64,000 bases of DNA. It comes from Patescibacteria group bacterium. GTDB taxonomy: Bacteria; Patescibacteriota; Microgenomatia; UBA1400; PJMF01. A program made the position numbers and the translations under genes. Below the pieces are notes generated by a model. That model saw only the letters and a program-made list of their open reading frames with translations, made no database searches and was not told where the DNA came from. Location of the stretch: assembly GCA_016861085.1 (NCBI GenBank), contig BOKR01000001.1:195271-259270 (forward strand). The letters run 5' to 3'. This document shows, in pieces, positions 29,372-39,003 of this stretch (position 1 is the first letter of the stretch; each line of letters starts with the position of its first letter).

Positions 29372-30112
29372 TTAAACCAACTTTGTCTCTACGTCATTAG
29401 CAATCAAGGTGCCAACATGTTCGCCACTGACTGCTTGCATCAAATTATCATCTCTAAAAAGTGCAAATACTAAAATAGGTAAATCATTTTCACTCGCCAT
29501 GGAAAGGGCTGCAGTATCTATTATTTTTAAATCACCAATTTCGATGGCATCTTTAAAGTTGAGTGTCTCAAAGCGTTTAGCCTCAGGGTTTTTTTCAGGA
29601 TCAGATTCATAGACACCATTCACTTTTGTAGTTCTCATAAGGATGTCACAATGGAGCTCAAGTGCATGCAGAGCTGAACCAGCATCTTGTGTGACAAATG
29701 GTACTCCAGTGCCAGCACACAAAATGACTACCCTACCCTTTTCCATATGGCGGATCGCTTTTCTTCTGATAAAACTTTCAGCAACCGCTGGCATTTGAAG
29801 AGCAGACTGCATGCGGGTAGGAATACCCATTTTTTCAAGTTCATCTTGTAGTGTTAGTCCGTTCATGACAGTAGCCATCATTTCAATATAATCGGCGGTA
29901 GTTCTGTCAAAACCTTCTTTGTATGCTTTAGCACTTTTAAAGATATTTTTTCCTCCCACAGAAACAACTATTTGAACATGTTGTGTATACACTGATTTTA
30001 TTTGTTCGGCAAGTTGTCTTACTGCATTGAGGTCAATTCCTGACTCTTTTTCTCCTAGTAATGCATTGCCACTTACCGCTATCATTATTCTTTTGTACTT
30101 AATCTGTGCCAT
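29372..30112 (-). CDS. pyrH: UMP kinase-like protein with substituted active-site residues
   Basis: Collinear with PyrH (ATVMNG, RRKAIRH, AGTG, GVYESDP) but KLSGE is AVSGN, etc. Confidence 0.75.
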   Translation of the reverse strand: MAQIKYKRIMIAVSGNALLGEKESGIDLNAVRQLAEQIKSVYTQHVQIVVSVGGKNIFKSAKAYKEGFDRTTADYIEMMATVMNGLTLQDELEKMGIPTRMQSALQMPAVAESFIRRKAIRHMEKGRVVILCAGTGVPFVTQDAGSALHALELHCDILMRTTKVNGVYESDPEKNPEAKRFETLNFKDAIEIGDLKIIDTAALSMASENDLPILVFALFRDDNLMQAVSGEHVGTLIANDVETKLV

Positions 30113-30127
30113 ACAAGTCCTCTATTT

Positions 30128-31159
30128 TTAGATTTTTAATTTTGCTTTCAATCTTAAGAATTTCCAACGAAGTGAGTCACCAATTTTAAATATTTGATAC
30201 AGTGGAAAGTCGACCACATAGTCAAATGTGCCCAAAAACTCTACTAGGTCTCCACCATATCCTTTTTTGAATCGGTGAAACCCAAACCAAGGATCTTTCT
30301 CATTTGGCTCTGGTCCAAGGGATCCCCACATATCAAACAAAGTGCAACCCTGTTGTTTGCCAAACCGAATCATTTCCCACATCATAAGATTGCTAGCCAT
30401 CACGTCACGATGCAGGTCTCGAGAAGCTCCGTATGGATAGTACAGAACTCCATTAAAAATGAACATAATCCATGATGTTAAGATTTCACCCTCATAGACT
30501 GCATTGAAGATCTTGAGCATTCCGGAATTACCAAGTTCTTTCCACATTTTTCTGAAATATTCTGGAGAGTGAGCATAAAATCCTTGACGTTTTGTTGTTT
30601 CTTCAAGAACTGCGATATATTGTTCCATTCCCTCAGCAGAAGTATTTTCAAAAATTTGTACACCTTTTTTGTAGGCTACGTTAACGTTATATCTAGTTTT
30701 ACTTGAGAGATTTTTAAAAAGAATATCTTCCTCTTGGGTTAAATCAAGCTGGAACGTATATTTGGTAAAAAGAGGTTTTCCTGGGACACAGTCGTTATCA
30801 AGTAAAAATTTTGCAATGTTGCTATGTGCAGAGGGAGCTCCTACTTTACTTGCCACATTTGGTTCAAGCTTGATAAAAATAGCGTTGTGTTCTTTGGCAA
30901 CGGTTCTGAGGACCCCGAGTTGATCTGCGTCTGGCATGTAGCCTTTTGGCAAGTATCCGATGTTTTTATTAAGTATTGGGACGGGATGAAACGTGACCTG
31001 TAATGCTTTTACTAATTTCGATTTGTCGAAAATGCCAATTCTTTCAAGTTCAAGTCCGGTAGTCTGGCGAAATTGACCCCATTCCCAAGATTGTAGCGGG
31101 TGGCCAACTGCTGCATTATATGCTTCTTTTTCTTCAGGTCTGATTTTTCGAATAAACAT
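30128..31159 (-). CDS. FemABX/MurM family peptidoglycan peptidyltransferase
   Basis: HPLQSWEWG, KTRYNV, YPYGAS, FKKGYGG. Confidence 0.92.
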   Translation of the reverse strand: MFIRKIRPEEKEAYNAAVGHPLQSWEWGQFRQTTGLELERIGIFDKSKLVKALQVTFHPVPILNKNIGYLPKGYMPDADQLGVLRTVAKEHNAIFIKLEPNVASKVGAPSAHSNIAKFLLDNDCVPGKPLFTKYTFQLDLTQEEDILFKNLSSKTRYNVNVAYKKGVQIFENTSAEGMEQYIAVLEETTKRQGFYAHSPEYFRKMWKELGNSGMLKIFNAVYEGEILTSWIMFIFNGVLYYPYGASRDLHRDVMASNLMMWEMIRFGKQQGCTLFDMWGSLGPEPNEKDPWFGFHRFKKGYGGDLVEFLGTFDYVVDFPLYQIFKIGDSLRWKFLRLKAKLKI

Positions 31160-31182
31160 ATACGTTACTTATTATACAGTAC

Positions 31183-33159
31183 TTAACTGTTTATGAGTTT
31201 GTCGATATCAAAGTCACCATTGATTACTCCTTCAAGGATATCATCATCAACAACAATTTTTCTTGTTTCAGTTTGCTTGATTGGGTTTTGAGTTTTCTTC
31301 TTATATGGATAATAACTCTGATTCGTAAACGAATCTTTATATGAATAGTGTTTTTTTTCAATTTCCACAGCAAGCAAATTTTCTGGAATATCAAACAAAA
31401 ATCTGCTGGTAACGCTTTCACTTGGCACACCGTATTGTGTTCGAGTTCTGCAGTAGGTGAAATACAATTTTGATTTTGCGCGTGTAATGCCAACATAACA
31501 GAGTCTTCGTTCTTCTTCCATTTGTTCAGGGTCAACAAGTGATCGTGAATGTGGGAGTAGTCCGTCTTCCATACCAACTAAGAAAACTACTTCAAATTCA
31601 AGTCCTTTTGCAGAATGTAGACTCATCAAATTGACGCTGCGTTTACTGTCAATTTCTGTGTTTCCGTCAGCAAATTCATTGTCTTGGATGAGGGCAATAT
31701 TTTCCAAAAATTGCGCTGTAGTTTCAAACTGAACAGCAACTGAAAGCAGTTCTTCAACGTTGGCGATTCTTTCTCCATTTTCTTCTGTTTGGCGTTTAAA
31801 TTTTTCCAAATAATTAGTTGTTTCTAGAATATCTTTTAAAGTTGCGCTGGGGTTTTGCTGTGTCAGTTCGGTGACATTTTGTTGTTTGAGCCACTGCAAA
31901 AATGAATCAAACCGACGTTTTCCTAGTTTTGAAATACGCTGGAAACTGACAAGATCAAAGCTGTTAATTGCATATCGTAAGTATGCAATCACATCTTTGA
32001 CTTCTTTTCGCTCGTAGAATTTTGTTCCGCCAATTAAGGTATATGGAATACCAGCTTGCATCAATGCTTCTTCAAAAACACGTGATTGTGCATTGGTTCG
32101 GTACAAAATCGCGATTTCACCCAATTGAATTTCTTTTGCATGATCCCGGATATATGAGACAATTTTTTTTGCCTCGGTGTTACCATTTTCTGCTTCAAAA
32201 CAGGTAATCTTTGCTCCACTAGGTTTAGTGGTCCATAACTTTAAAATGGGATGTGTTTTATTTTGTGAGATGACTTCTGTTGCAGCGTCTAAAATAGTTT
32301 GGTTAGAACGGTAATTTTGTTCAAGTTTATATTCAGCGATTTTAGGGAAACTCGTTTTGAGTTGCAACATGTTTTTATAATCAGCCCCTCTCCATGCATA
32401 AATACTTTGACAAAAATCACCAACCACAAATAGATTATTTTGTGGGGTTGCTAGTAGCTTTGTAAGTTTGTATTGTGCTTTGTTTGTATCTTGATATTCA
32501 TCTACTAAGACATGCTGAAATCTTTTTTGGTATTTCTCTCTAATAATTTGGTCATTTTGTAAGAGCTGTAATGTTTTTGAAAGTAAGTCGTCAAAATCAA
32601 CAGCTGATGCTTTGGTGAGTTCATATTGATATATGCTATATACTTTGGCAACATGCTCCGGAAAAGTTCCGGAGGCTGTTTCAGCATACATTTGTGGTGT
32701 GAGTAATTCATTTTTTGCGTTTGAGATCATAGCCTGTACAGCTTTAATATTGAATTCTTCCTTGTCAAAATGATTTTTTTCATAGATATCTTTCAGCAGT
32801 GCAAGTTGATCTTGTGAGTCATAAATCACAAAATTTTGTGACAAGCCAATGGATTGTCCATCGATTCGTAATATCTTTGCGCATAAGCTGTGGAAAGTCC
32901 CGCTCCACGGCAAATCCATTCCGGTTACTACAGAAATACGCTCTTTAATCTCTTTGGCTGCTTTGTTGGTAAATGTGACAACTAAGATGCTAAAAGGTGA
33001 AACATTTTGTTCAGAAATCAACCAAGCAACTCTGGTTGTTAAAACCGTAGTTTTTCCTGATCCAGCCCCGGCAAGAACGACAGCTGGTCCAGATTCATGT
33101 AAGACTGCTTTTTGTTGATCTGGGTTGAGTTTTTCTAATAAGTTTGACACGGAACTCAT
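31183..33159 (-). CDS. pcrA: UvrD/PcrA DNA helicase
   Basis: AGAGSGKT, TFTNKAA, DEYQD, KGLEF, YVGITRA. Confidence 0.93.
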   Translation of the reverse strand: MSSVSNLLEKLNPDQQKAVLHESGPAVVLAGAGSGKTTVLTTRVAWLISEQNVSPFSILVVTFTNKAAKEIKERISVVTGMDLPWSGTFHSLCAKILRIDGQSIGLSQNFVIYDSQDQLALLKDIYEKNHFDKEEFNIKAVQAMISNAKNELLTPQMYAETASGTFPEHVAKVYSIYQYELTKASAVDFDDLLSKTLQLLQNDQIIREKYQKRFQHVLVDEYQDTNKAQYKLTKLLATPQNNLFVVGDFCQSIYAWRGADYKNMLQLKTSFPKIAEYKLEQNYRSNQTILDAATEVISQNKTHPILKLWTTKPSGAKITCFEAENGNTEAKKIVSYIRDHAKEIQLGEIAILYRTNAQSRVFEEALMQAGIPYTLIGGTKFYERKEVKDVIAYLRYAINSFDLVSFQRISKLGKRRFDSFLQWLKQQNVTELTQQNPSATLKDILETTNYLEKFKRQTEENGERIANVEELLSVAVQFETTAQFLENIALIQDNEFADGNTEIDSKRSVNLMSLHSAKGLEFEVVFLVGMEDGLLPHSRSLVDPEQMEEERRLCYVGITRAKSKLYFTYCRTRTQYGVPSESVTSRFLFDIPENLLAVEIEKKHYSYKDSFTNQSYYPYKKKTQNPIKQTETRKIVVDDDILEGVINGDFDIDKLINS

Positions 33160-33213
33160 ACTAACATACACTTTTGATTTAGTGATATAGTGAGTTTGCA
33201 AGTCTAAAACGTT

Positions 33214-33906
33214 ATGAAAAAATTATTGATCTCAAATTTTAAGTCGAATAAGTCTGTTGACGAATCAAATGAATGGCTAGATGAATTAGTGAAAACTGTT
33301 GATTGGAATTCGCTGGGTAACTTCGAGGTTGGTGTTGCTCCAGCATTTCCTTCAGTTGAAGAATTTTCACATAGGATTATGGAAGCACAAGTACCTCTAA
33401 AACTTACTACTCAAGACTTAAGTGCTTACCCAGCCGGCAGCTATACTGGAGCAGTTTCTGCACGTAACTTAGCTGATCTACACGTAAAGTATGCAATTGT
33501 TGGTCACTCAGAAAGAAGGAGATATTTTGAAGAAACTTCTGAATTGGTTGCAATGAAAGTTGTGCAAGCATTAGACAACCATATAATCCCCTTAGTTTGC
33601 ATTGATGAGCCCTACTTAGAAGAGCAAATCAAACTTTTAGATACCGCAACACTCTCAAAATGCGTGTATGTGTATGAACCTCTTTCTGCAATTGGCACTG
33701 GTGACAATGTTGGTGTTGGTAAGGTTGCAGAAGTTTTTGAAAAGATCACAAAATTATGCGGAGACGTACGTTGTATGTATGGAGGTAGTGTTACCGATCA
33801 AAATGTTTCTGAATATTTGCTCATAGCTCATGGCGTTTTAGTTGGCTCTTTTTCCTTAAAAGCGAATGATTTTGCAAAGTTAGTTGCTACTGCCACAGCG
33901 CTCTAG
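33214..33906 (+). CDS. tpiA: Triosephosphate isomerase
   Basis: NFK, GHSERR, YEP, YGGSV. Confidence 0.95.
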   Translation: MKKLLISNFKSNKSVDESNEWLDELVKTVDWNSLGNFEVGVAPAFPSVEEFSHRIMEAQVPLKLTTQDLSAYPAGSYTGAVSARNLADLHVKYAIVGHSERRRYFEETSELVAMKVVQALDNHIIPLVCIDEPYLEEQIKLLDTATLSKCVYVYEPLSAIGTGDNVGVGKVAEVFEKITKLCGDVRCMYGGSVTDQNVSEYLLIAHGVLVGSFSLKANDFAKLVATATAL

Positions 33907-35545
33907 TGTCATAGACAACTGTATCTTCGTTTTGAAATGCTACCGGAAATTGTTGCAAGTATTGAGAGTTAATTACCAGTGTTCCCCTTTCCTTTGGTCC
34001 CACGAAAATATAACTAATTTTGTTTTCTTTAAGTATCTGATTTGCTTGTGAACTCCCACTAAACACAAGGTAAACTTGCTTATCTCTGAGTGTATGATCA
34101 AACCCAAAATTCCTGACCCAACCAAGATATCCTAAGAATATTGGTCGATTAGCCCACAACGGAATCGGGTGATTATGAATGGTACTGGTGAGGAAAACGG
34201 CCTCAGTATCAGTACGTTCTGCAATAGATGTAGCCAAAGCGATTTCTGAGGTTGTTGAGAGTAGATGAGTGTTTTGAGTAAAATTGGCAATTCTGAAAAG
34301 TTCTACTAAACCTGTCGTGCTTAATAAAAAAACGAGTATGCCTGTGAGTATTTTATGTGTGACATGTGAGTTCCAGAGTTTGAGAATAAGTTTCGCAACC
34401 AAGATTGAAAGACCAAGGTATACCCAAGCGAATAGCTTTGTGTTATCCCACCGCGTGGGTTGAAAAATGAGTACGTTTGCGAGCAAAAATACGACAAGAA
34501 AACCACAGTAAAATGAGAATACTTTTTGTTTTATTATTTCTTTCCTAAAAAGCCAGAACGCAAATAGTACTGCTGGTAAAAATGCTCCCCAGAGTTTTAG
34601 CCACATAAATATCCAAGCAAAAAAATCGGCTAATACAAAGCCAGTTTTAGGAACAGTCCACCCTAAAGATAGTGTCATAAAATTATCAATTTCTATGCCG
34701 CCATGAACGAACGTTATATACAACAGTATTGAGAGCATTGCTGCCGGTGTTACAAAGTATCTAAATAATAGTTGAAACTTTGATCGATTAAACCAACACA
34801 TACAGCCAGTGACGATGACTATAGTAATAAAGCTATGCATATGAGCTATCGGTAAAATTCCAGCTAAAAATCCAGCAGTTAAGAGCAACTTCTTTGCTGT
34901 TCTTTGACTTGTTTTTTTTTGCAAACTCCATAATAAAATTGCCAGGACCCAAACACCAATGGTCACTCCAATAAAAAATGCTCTTTGTGGTATGAGCATG
35001 GCTGCTGGAATATTTCCAGCAAGCCAATCGTATTCTAAAAACCGTGAATAATCTTGAACTGGTGCTAAGATTTCGTTCCATGAGAGGTGTTTCCAGAATC
35101 GAAAAAACCCTATCCCAGACGAAGTAAAAAATATGAAAATTCCAAGGACCGACTCTCTTCTTGAATTACTCAACTGAAAATATAAAAAATACAATCCAAC
35201 CAAAAAACAGAATAGTAGCAAAACTGAAACTACAAAAAAAGCTCCTGGAAGTGAAAGTCCGATCCTCATGAAAAAGGCAGTGATCAAATGAACCAAAAAA
35301 CCATAGGTTAATTTTCCGTATGCAAAGAATGGGTGGTACAAAAACCATTCTGACACTGGTTTTTTCGCAAAAATATTTGTGATACTTATATGCACTACCC
35401 AGTCACTCCATGCGTTTGGTTGACCAATATAAACACCGTCAGGTTTTACTAAAAGCAACTTAGAGAAAACATAGGTGAAAAAACCACCACAAACCCCAAA
35501 GATAATAAATAGGGCTAATTTATGAAACTGGATTATTTTTCGCAC
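33887..35545 (-). CDS. Multi-TM GT-C-like glycosyltransferase (putative)
   Basis: WSDWVVH loop motif, PQR, WDNTK, about 12 TM; likely GTG start at 35545 after TGGTACAGT box. Confidence 0.65.
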   Translation of the reverse strand: MRKIIQFHKLALFIIFGVCGGFFTYVFSKLLLVKPDGVYIGQPNAWSDWVVHISITNIFAKKPVSEWFLYHPFFAYGKLTYGFLVHLITAFFMRIGLSLPGAFFVVSVLLLFCFLVGLYFLYFQLSNSRRESVLGIFIFFTSSGIGFFRFWKHLSWNEILAPVQDYSRFLEYDWLAGNIPAAMLIPQRAFFIGVTIGVWVLAILLWSLQKKTSQRTAKKLLLTAGFLAGILPIAHMHSFITIVIVTGCMCWFNRSKFQLLFRYFVTPAAMLSILLYITFVHGGIEIDNFMTLSLGWTVPKTGFVLADFFAWIFMWLKLWGAFLPAVLFAFWLFRKEIIKQKVFSFYCGFLVVFLLANVLIFQPTRWDNTKLFAWVYLGLSILVAKLILKLWNSHVTHKILTGILVFLLSTTGLVELFRIANFTQNTHLLSTTSEIALATSIAERTDTEAVFLTSTIHNHPIPLWANRPIFLGYLGWVRNFGFDHTLRDKQVYLVFSGSSQANQILKENKISYIFVGPKERGTLVINSQYLQQFPVAFQNEDTVVYDTRALWQ

Positions 35546-35549
35546 ATTG

Positions 35550-36479
35550 TTACTGTACCAGCTGTGCATATTGATTGCTAACCCAACCTGATTGGCCATT
35601 AAATTGAATATTTAGCCAACCGTTTTGTGAATTTCCAATATATGGATGCAAGCTGCCAACATCAGCAAAACCAAGCTCTTTTCCGCTGGAGTTCGGGGCA
35701 TCTCTTACCCGAAGCACCTCTTTACCCTCAACAAAAAAATTTGTGGATGTAATTTGTACCTGTCTTCCAGTTGTATTTAGTTTTGGTGTAGCAGAGTCTG
35801 TTGCTGCTACTGGTGTGGCAGATGCTGTTGCGAGTGGAGCTGGTGTTGTCGCAGCATTAGTTGCCTGTTGTTCTGTTTCGTCAGAGCTTGAGGTCACCGC
35901 TGCCCCCGCGACATTTTCCTTAGCAAGTTTAACAGTGACGAGCATTCTGTAGCCTGGAATGGCATTAATTGTGTGTTTCTGAATTCCGTATGAAGGAAGT
36001 GAAACTTCAAACTCAACATGCCCAGGATTGATGTCCGACATAATTACCGGTGAAAACGTCTTCTCTTTTCCGGCAACAGTTACAATTGCACCATCAGGTA
36101 TTGTAACAAAAGAGACTTCTGATTTTCCTTTTGCGTTGATTGGTTCCATTTCATACATAACTCCCCCACTAAATTCAGGTCGTTCTGCCAGTTTCCAGGT
36201 TACAACTGTCAAAAGCCCAGGTTTAAGTGAAATTCTAGTTTCATATGGAATCAATTTTGGATCATCTGGTTGAATTTTTAGGGTGTACTCTCCTGGATTC
36301 AATTCTCGACTAATAAATGGAGTTTTTTCTACGTATGTTTCATCTAAATAGACTGAAGCAGCAACGCCGTCCGTAATTTGTACCTGCAAACCAGACTTTG
36401 CTTTTTTAGCCAAAGGGTTACAAGCACTCAACAAAAAGCTTGCAGTTATCAAAACAAGTAGTAAGAGTAAACGCTTCAT
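35550..36479 (-). CDS. Lipoprotein with PEGA-like domains, Ala/Thr linker and C-terminal SH3b domain
   Basis: LSAC lipobox; LRVRDAP...GWVSNQY. Confidence 0.8.
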   Translation of the reverse strand: MKRLLLLLVLITASFLLSACNPLAKKAKSGLQVQITDGVAASVYLDETYVEKTPFISRELNPGEYTLKIQPDDPKLIPYETRISLKPGLLTVVTWKLAERPEFSGGVMYEMEPINAKGKSEVSFVTIPDGAIVTVAGKEKTFSPVIMSDINPGHVEFEVSLPSYGIQKHTINAIPGYRMLVTVKLAKENVAGAAVTSSSDETEQQATNAATTPAPLATASATPVAATDSATPKLNTTGRQVQITSTNFFVEGKEVLRVRDAPNSSGKELGFADVGSLHPYIGNSQNGWLNIQFNGQSGWVSNQYAQLVQ

Positions 36480-36507
36480 AACTATAAGTAGTGTAACATG
36501 AACTCTA

Positions 36508-38946
36508 TTATTTGAGAGGTTTGAGCTTTTTAGTTAATGCGAGGGCCAAAACTTCTGCAACATCAGCTATCGGGACAAAGGTAATATCTTTTTTAACGAT
36601 GTCTGGAATTTTTTCAATGTCTCGCTCGTTATCTTTTGGAATCAAAACAGTTTTGCTACCAGCCATGTGTGCCCCAATGCTTTTTTCTTTGAGTCCACCA
36701 ATTCGAAGCACCCTACCTCTAAGCGTCACCTCACCAGTCATTGCCACATCTCTTTTAACCGGAATGTTAGTAAATGCCGAGACAATTGCCGTAGTCATGG
36801 TTACACCTGCGGACGGGCCATCTTTTGGAACAGCACCTTCGGGAACATGAACATGGACATCGGTTTCTTTAAGGACTTTTGGAGGGATTCCTAGTTTTGC
36901 GTGATTTGCTTTCACGTAAGTATATGCAGCTTGTGCTGATTCTTTCATCACGTCACCCAATTTTCCTGTAAGTTGGATAGTTCCTTTTCCAGGAGTGAGT
37001 GCTACCTCTATGAACAAAACTTCACCACCAACAGAAGTCCAGGCAAGTCCCGTGGCTTGTCCTACAACATCATCTTTCTCTGTGATTTCGACATCAAATT
37101 TTTCAGGTCCTAAATACTCTCTGATAACCTTAGCATCAACGGCAATAGATTTTATCTTTGACTTAGAAATAATTTCTTTGGCAGCTTTGCGCATGATGCT
37201 GCTCATGGTTCGTTCCAAAGTACGAACACCAGCTTCTCTGGTATATCGATGAATAATTGTGGTAATAGCCTCATCAGACATACTGATTTGCTTGCGCGAG
37301 AGTCCGTTTGCTTTCAAAACTTTTTCAAATAGGTAGTCTTTGGCAATATGGAACTTCTCTTCCCAGGTGTAGCCTGAATACCGAATGATTTCCAGACGGT
37401 CTTTGAGGGCTGGAGGGATAGTGTCGAGAGTATTGGCTGTAGTAATGAAGATGACTTGTGATAAATCAAATGGCATATCAAGATAGTGGTCTTCAAAACT
37501 GTTATTTTGTTCAGGGTCTAGCGCTTCAAGCAACGCGGCTGAAGGATCGCCTTTGTAATCTGAGCCAATTTTATCGATTTCATCAAGCATAAAGACAGGA
37601 TTCATAGTCTTTGCTTGTCTCATACCACTGATGATTTTTCCTGGCATAGCGCCAACATAGGTGCGGCGATGCCCTCTGATTTCTGATTCATCTTTAACTC
37701 CGCCAAGGGAAACCTTAATAAATTTTCTCCCAAGGGCTTGAGCGATTGACTTACCAATACTGGTTTTACCAACTCCTGGTGGGCCAACGAAACACAAAAT
37801 AGTTGGCAAACTTTGATCTTCTTTCTTTGCATTTTTTTGTTTGAGAGATAAAACTGCGATATACTCTAAAATTCTATCCTTGACTTCTTCTAGACCAAAA
37901 TGGTTTTCGTCTAGGATTTTTTGGGCTTTTTCTATTTCCAAAATAGATTTGGAATATTTGTTCCACGGCAACTCAAAAACGGTGTCGAGCCAACTCCTCA
38001 TGTATCCTGACTCAGGATTGTTTTGGGACATGGTTCTTAAGCGCTTAATTTCTTTTTTGATCTTTGCCATTAAATCAGTATTGAGTTTGAGCTTTCCTAA
38101 TTTTAGCTGGTAATCATCGGCTGCCTCTTCTTCATCATCAATGTCACCCAATTCTTTTTGGATTGTTTTGAGTCTTTCACGCAATATGTTCTCACGCATG
38201 TGTTTGTCGAATTTTTCTTGGGTTTTGTGAACCACGTCTTTTTCGATTTCAAGGACCTTGATTTCGTGTGTGAGGTGGGAAAGCACCATCTTAAGACGTT
38301 GTGTAACATCAAGGGTCTCTAACAGTTCTTGTTTTTCTTCAGTACTGATAGTGAGTGTGCTGGCGATCTGATCTATGAGTTCACCATTAGTAACACCACC
38401 CATTAGTTTCATAAAACTCAAAAACTCAACTGGTTTACCCATATGGACTGCTTTTCTGAATTCATTCTGGAGGTGCGTAACAAGGGCTTTATTTTCTTCT
38501 GCGTTTTCTTCTGTCTCTTCAAGCTTTTCTACTTCAACCACTAATTTTGGTGAGGTTGAGATGAAACGAATGATTTTAACTCTACTTATACCCTTAACCA
38601 GTGCGTTGATGTTGTCGTCCGTTTCTAGTTTTTTTTCAACGACAGCGAGCGTTCCCACTTGGAAAAGGTCTTTTGCTTCTGGGAGGTTAACCTGAGGGTC
38701 TCTTTGTGAAATCAAGACGACAGTTTTTTTACTGGTGCCTAGATTTTTGATTGCATTGAGTGAAAGCTGTCTACCAAATGAGAGTACAGATTCAGTACTT
38801 GGGAACAACAGCCCTTCTCGAATTGGGATTGCATCTAAAACCATAACTTCAGGGTTTTGTGGTTGTAAAATAATTGGTTCCTGAGCTTTTGATTCTTGGG
38901 TTGATAACTCTGGTATTTTTTTATCTTTTTGGTCAATATCTGTCAT
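36508..38946 (-). CDS. lon: Lon protease
   Basis: GPPGVGKTS, LDEIDK, PKDGPSAG, GLKEK. Confidence 0.98.
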   Translation of the reverse strand: MTDIDQKDKKIPELSTQESKAQEPIILQPQNPEVMVLDAIPIREGLLFPSTESVLSFGRQLSLNAIKNLGTSKKTVVLISQRDPQVNLPEAKDLFQVGTLAVVEKKLETDDNINALVKGISRVKIIRFISTSPKLVVEVEKLEETEENAEENKALVTHLQNEFRKAVHMGKPVEFLSFMKLMGGVTNGELIDQIASTLTISTEEKQELLETLDVTQRLKMVLSHLTHEIKVLEIEKDVVHKTQEKFDKHMRENILRERLKTIQKELGDIDDEEEAADDYQLKLGKLKLNTDLMAKIKKEIKRLRTMSQNNPESGYMRSWLDTVFELPWNKYSKSILEIEKAQKILDENHFGLEEVKDRILEYIAVLSLKQKNAKKEDQSLPTILCFVGPPGVGKTSIGKSIAQALGRKFIKVSLGGVKDESEIRGHRRTYVGAMPGKIISGMRQAKTMNPVFMLDEIDKIGSDYKGDPSAALLEALDPEQNNSFEDHYLDMPFDLSQVIFITTANTLDTIPPALKDRLEIIRYSGYTWEEKFHIAKDYLFEKVLKANGLSRKQISMSDEAITTIIHRYTREAGVRTLERTMSSIMRKAAKEIISKSKIKSIAVDAKVIREYLGPEKFDVEITEKDDVVGQATGLAWTSVGGEVLFIEVALTPGKGTIQLTGKLGDVMKESAQAAYTYVKANHAKLGIPPKVLKETDVHVHVPEGAVPKDGPSAGVTMTTAIVSAFTNIPVKRDVAMTGEVTLRGRVLRIGGLKEKSIGAHMAGSKTVLIPKDNERDIEKIPDIVKKDITFVPIADVAEVLALALTKKLKPLK

Positions 38947-39003
38947 ACGTTTAGCATTCTATTGTGTTGTCTGCTAAATTTCAAGAGGGAAATAAAAATA
39001 TCG

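Noticed and set aside
29305-29372. SRP 4.5S RNA
   Set aside because: Lacks the CAGG/AGCA internal loop and GGAA tetraloop.
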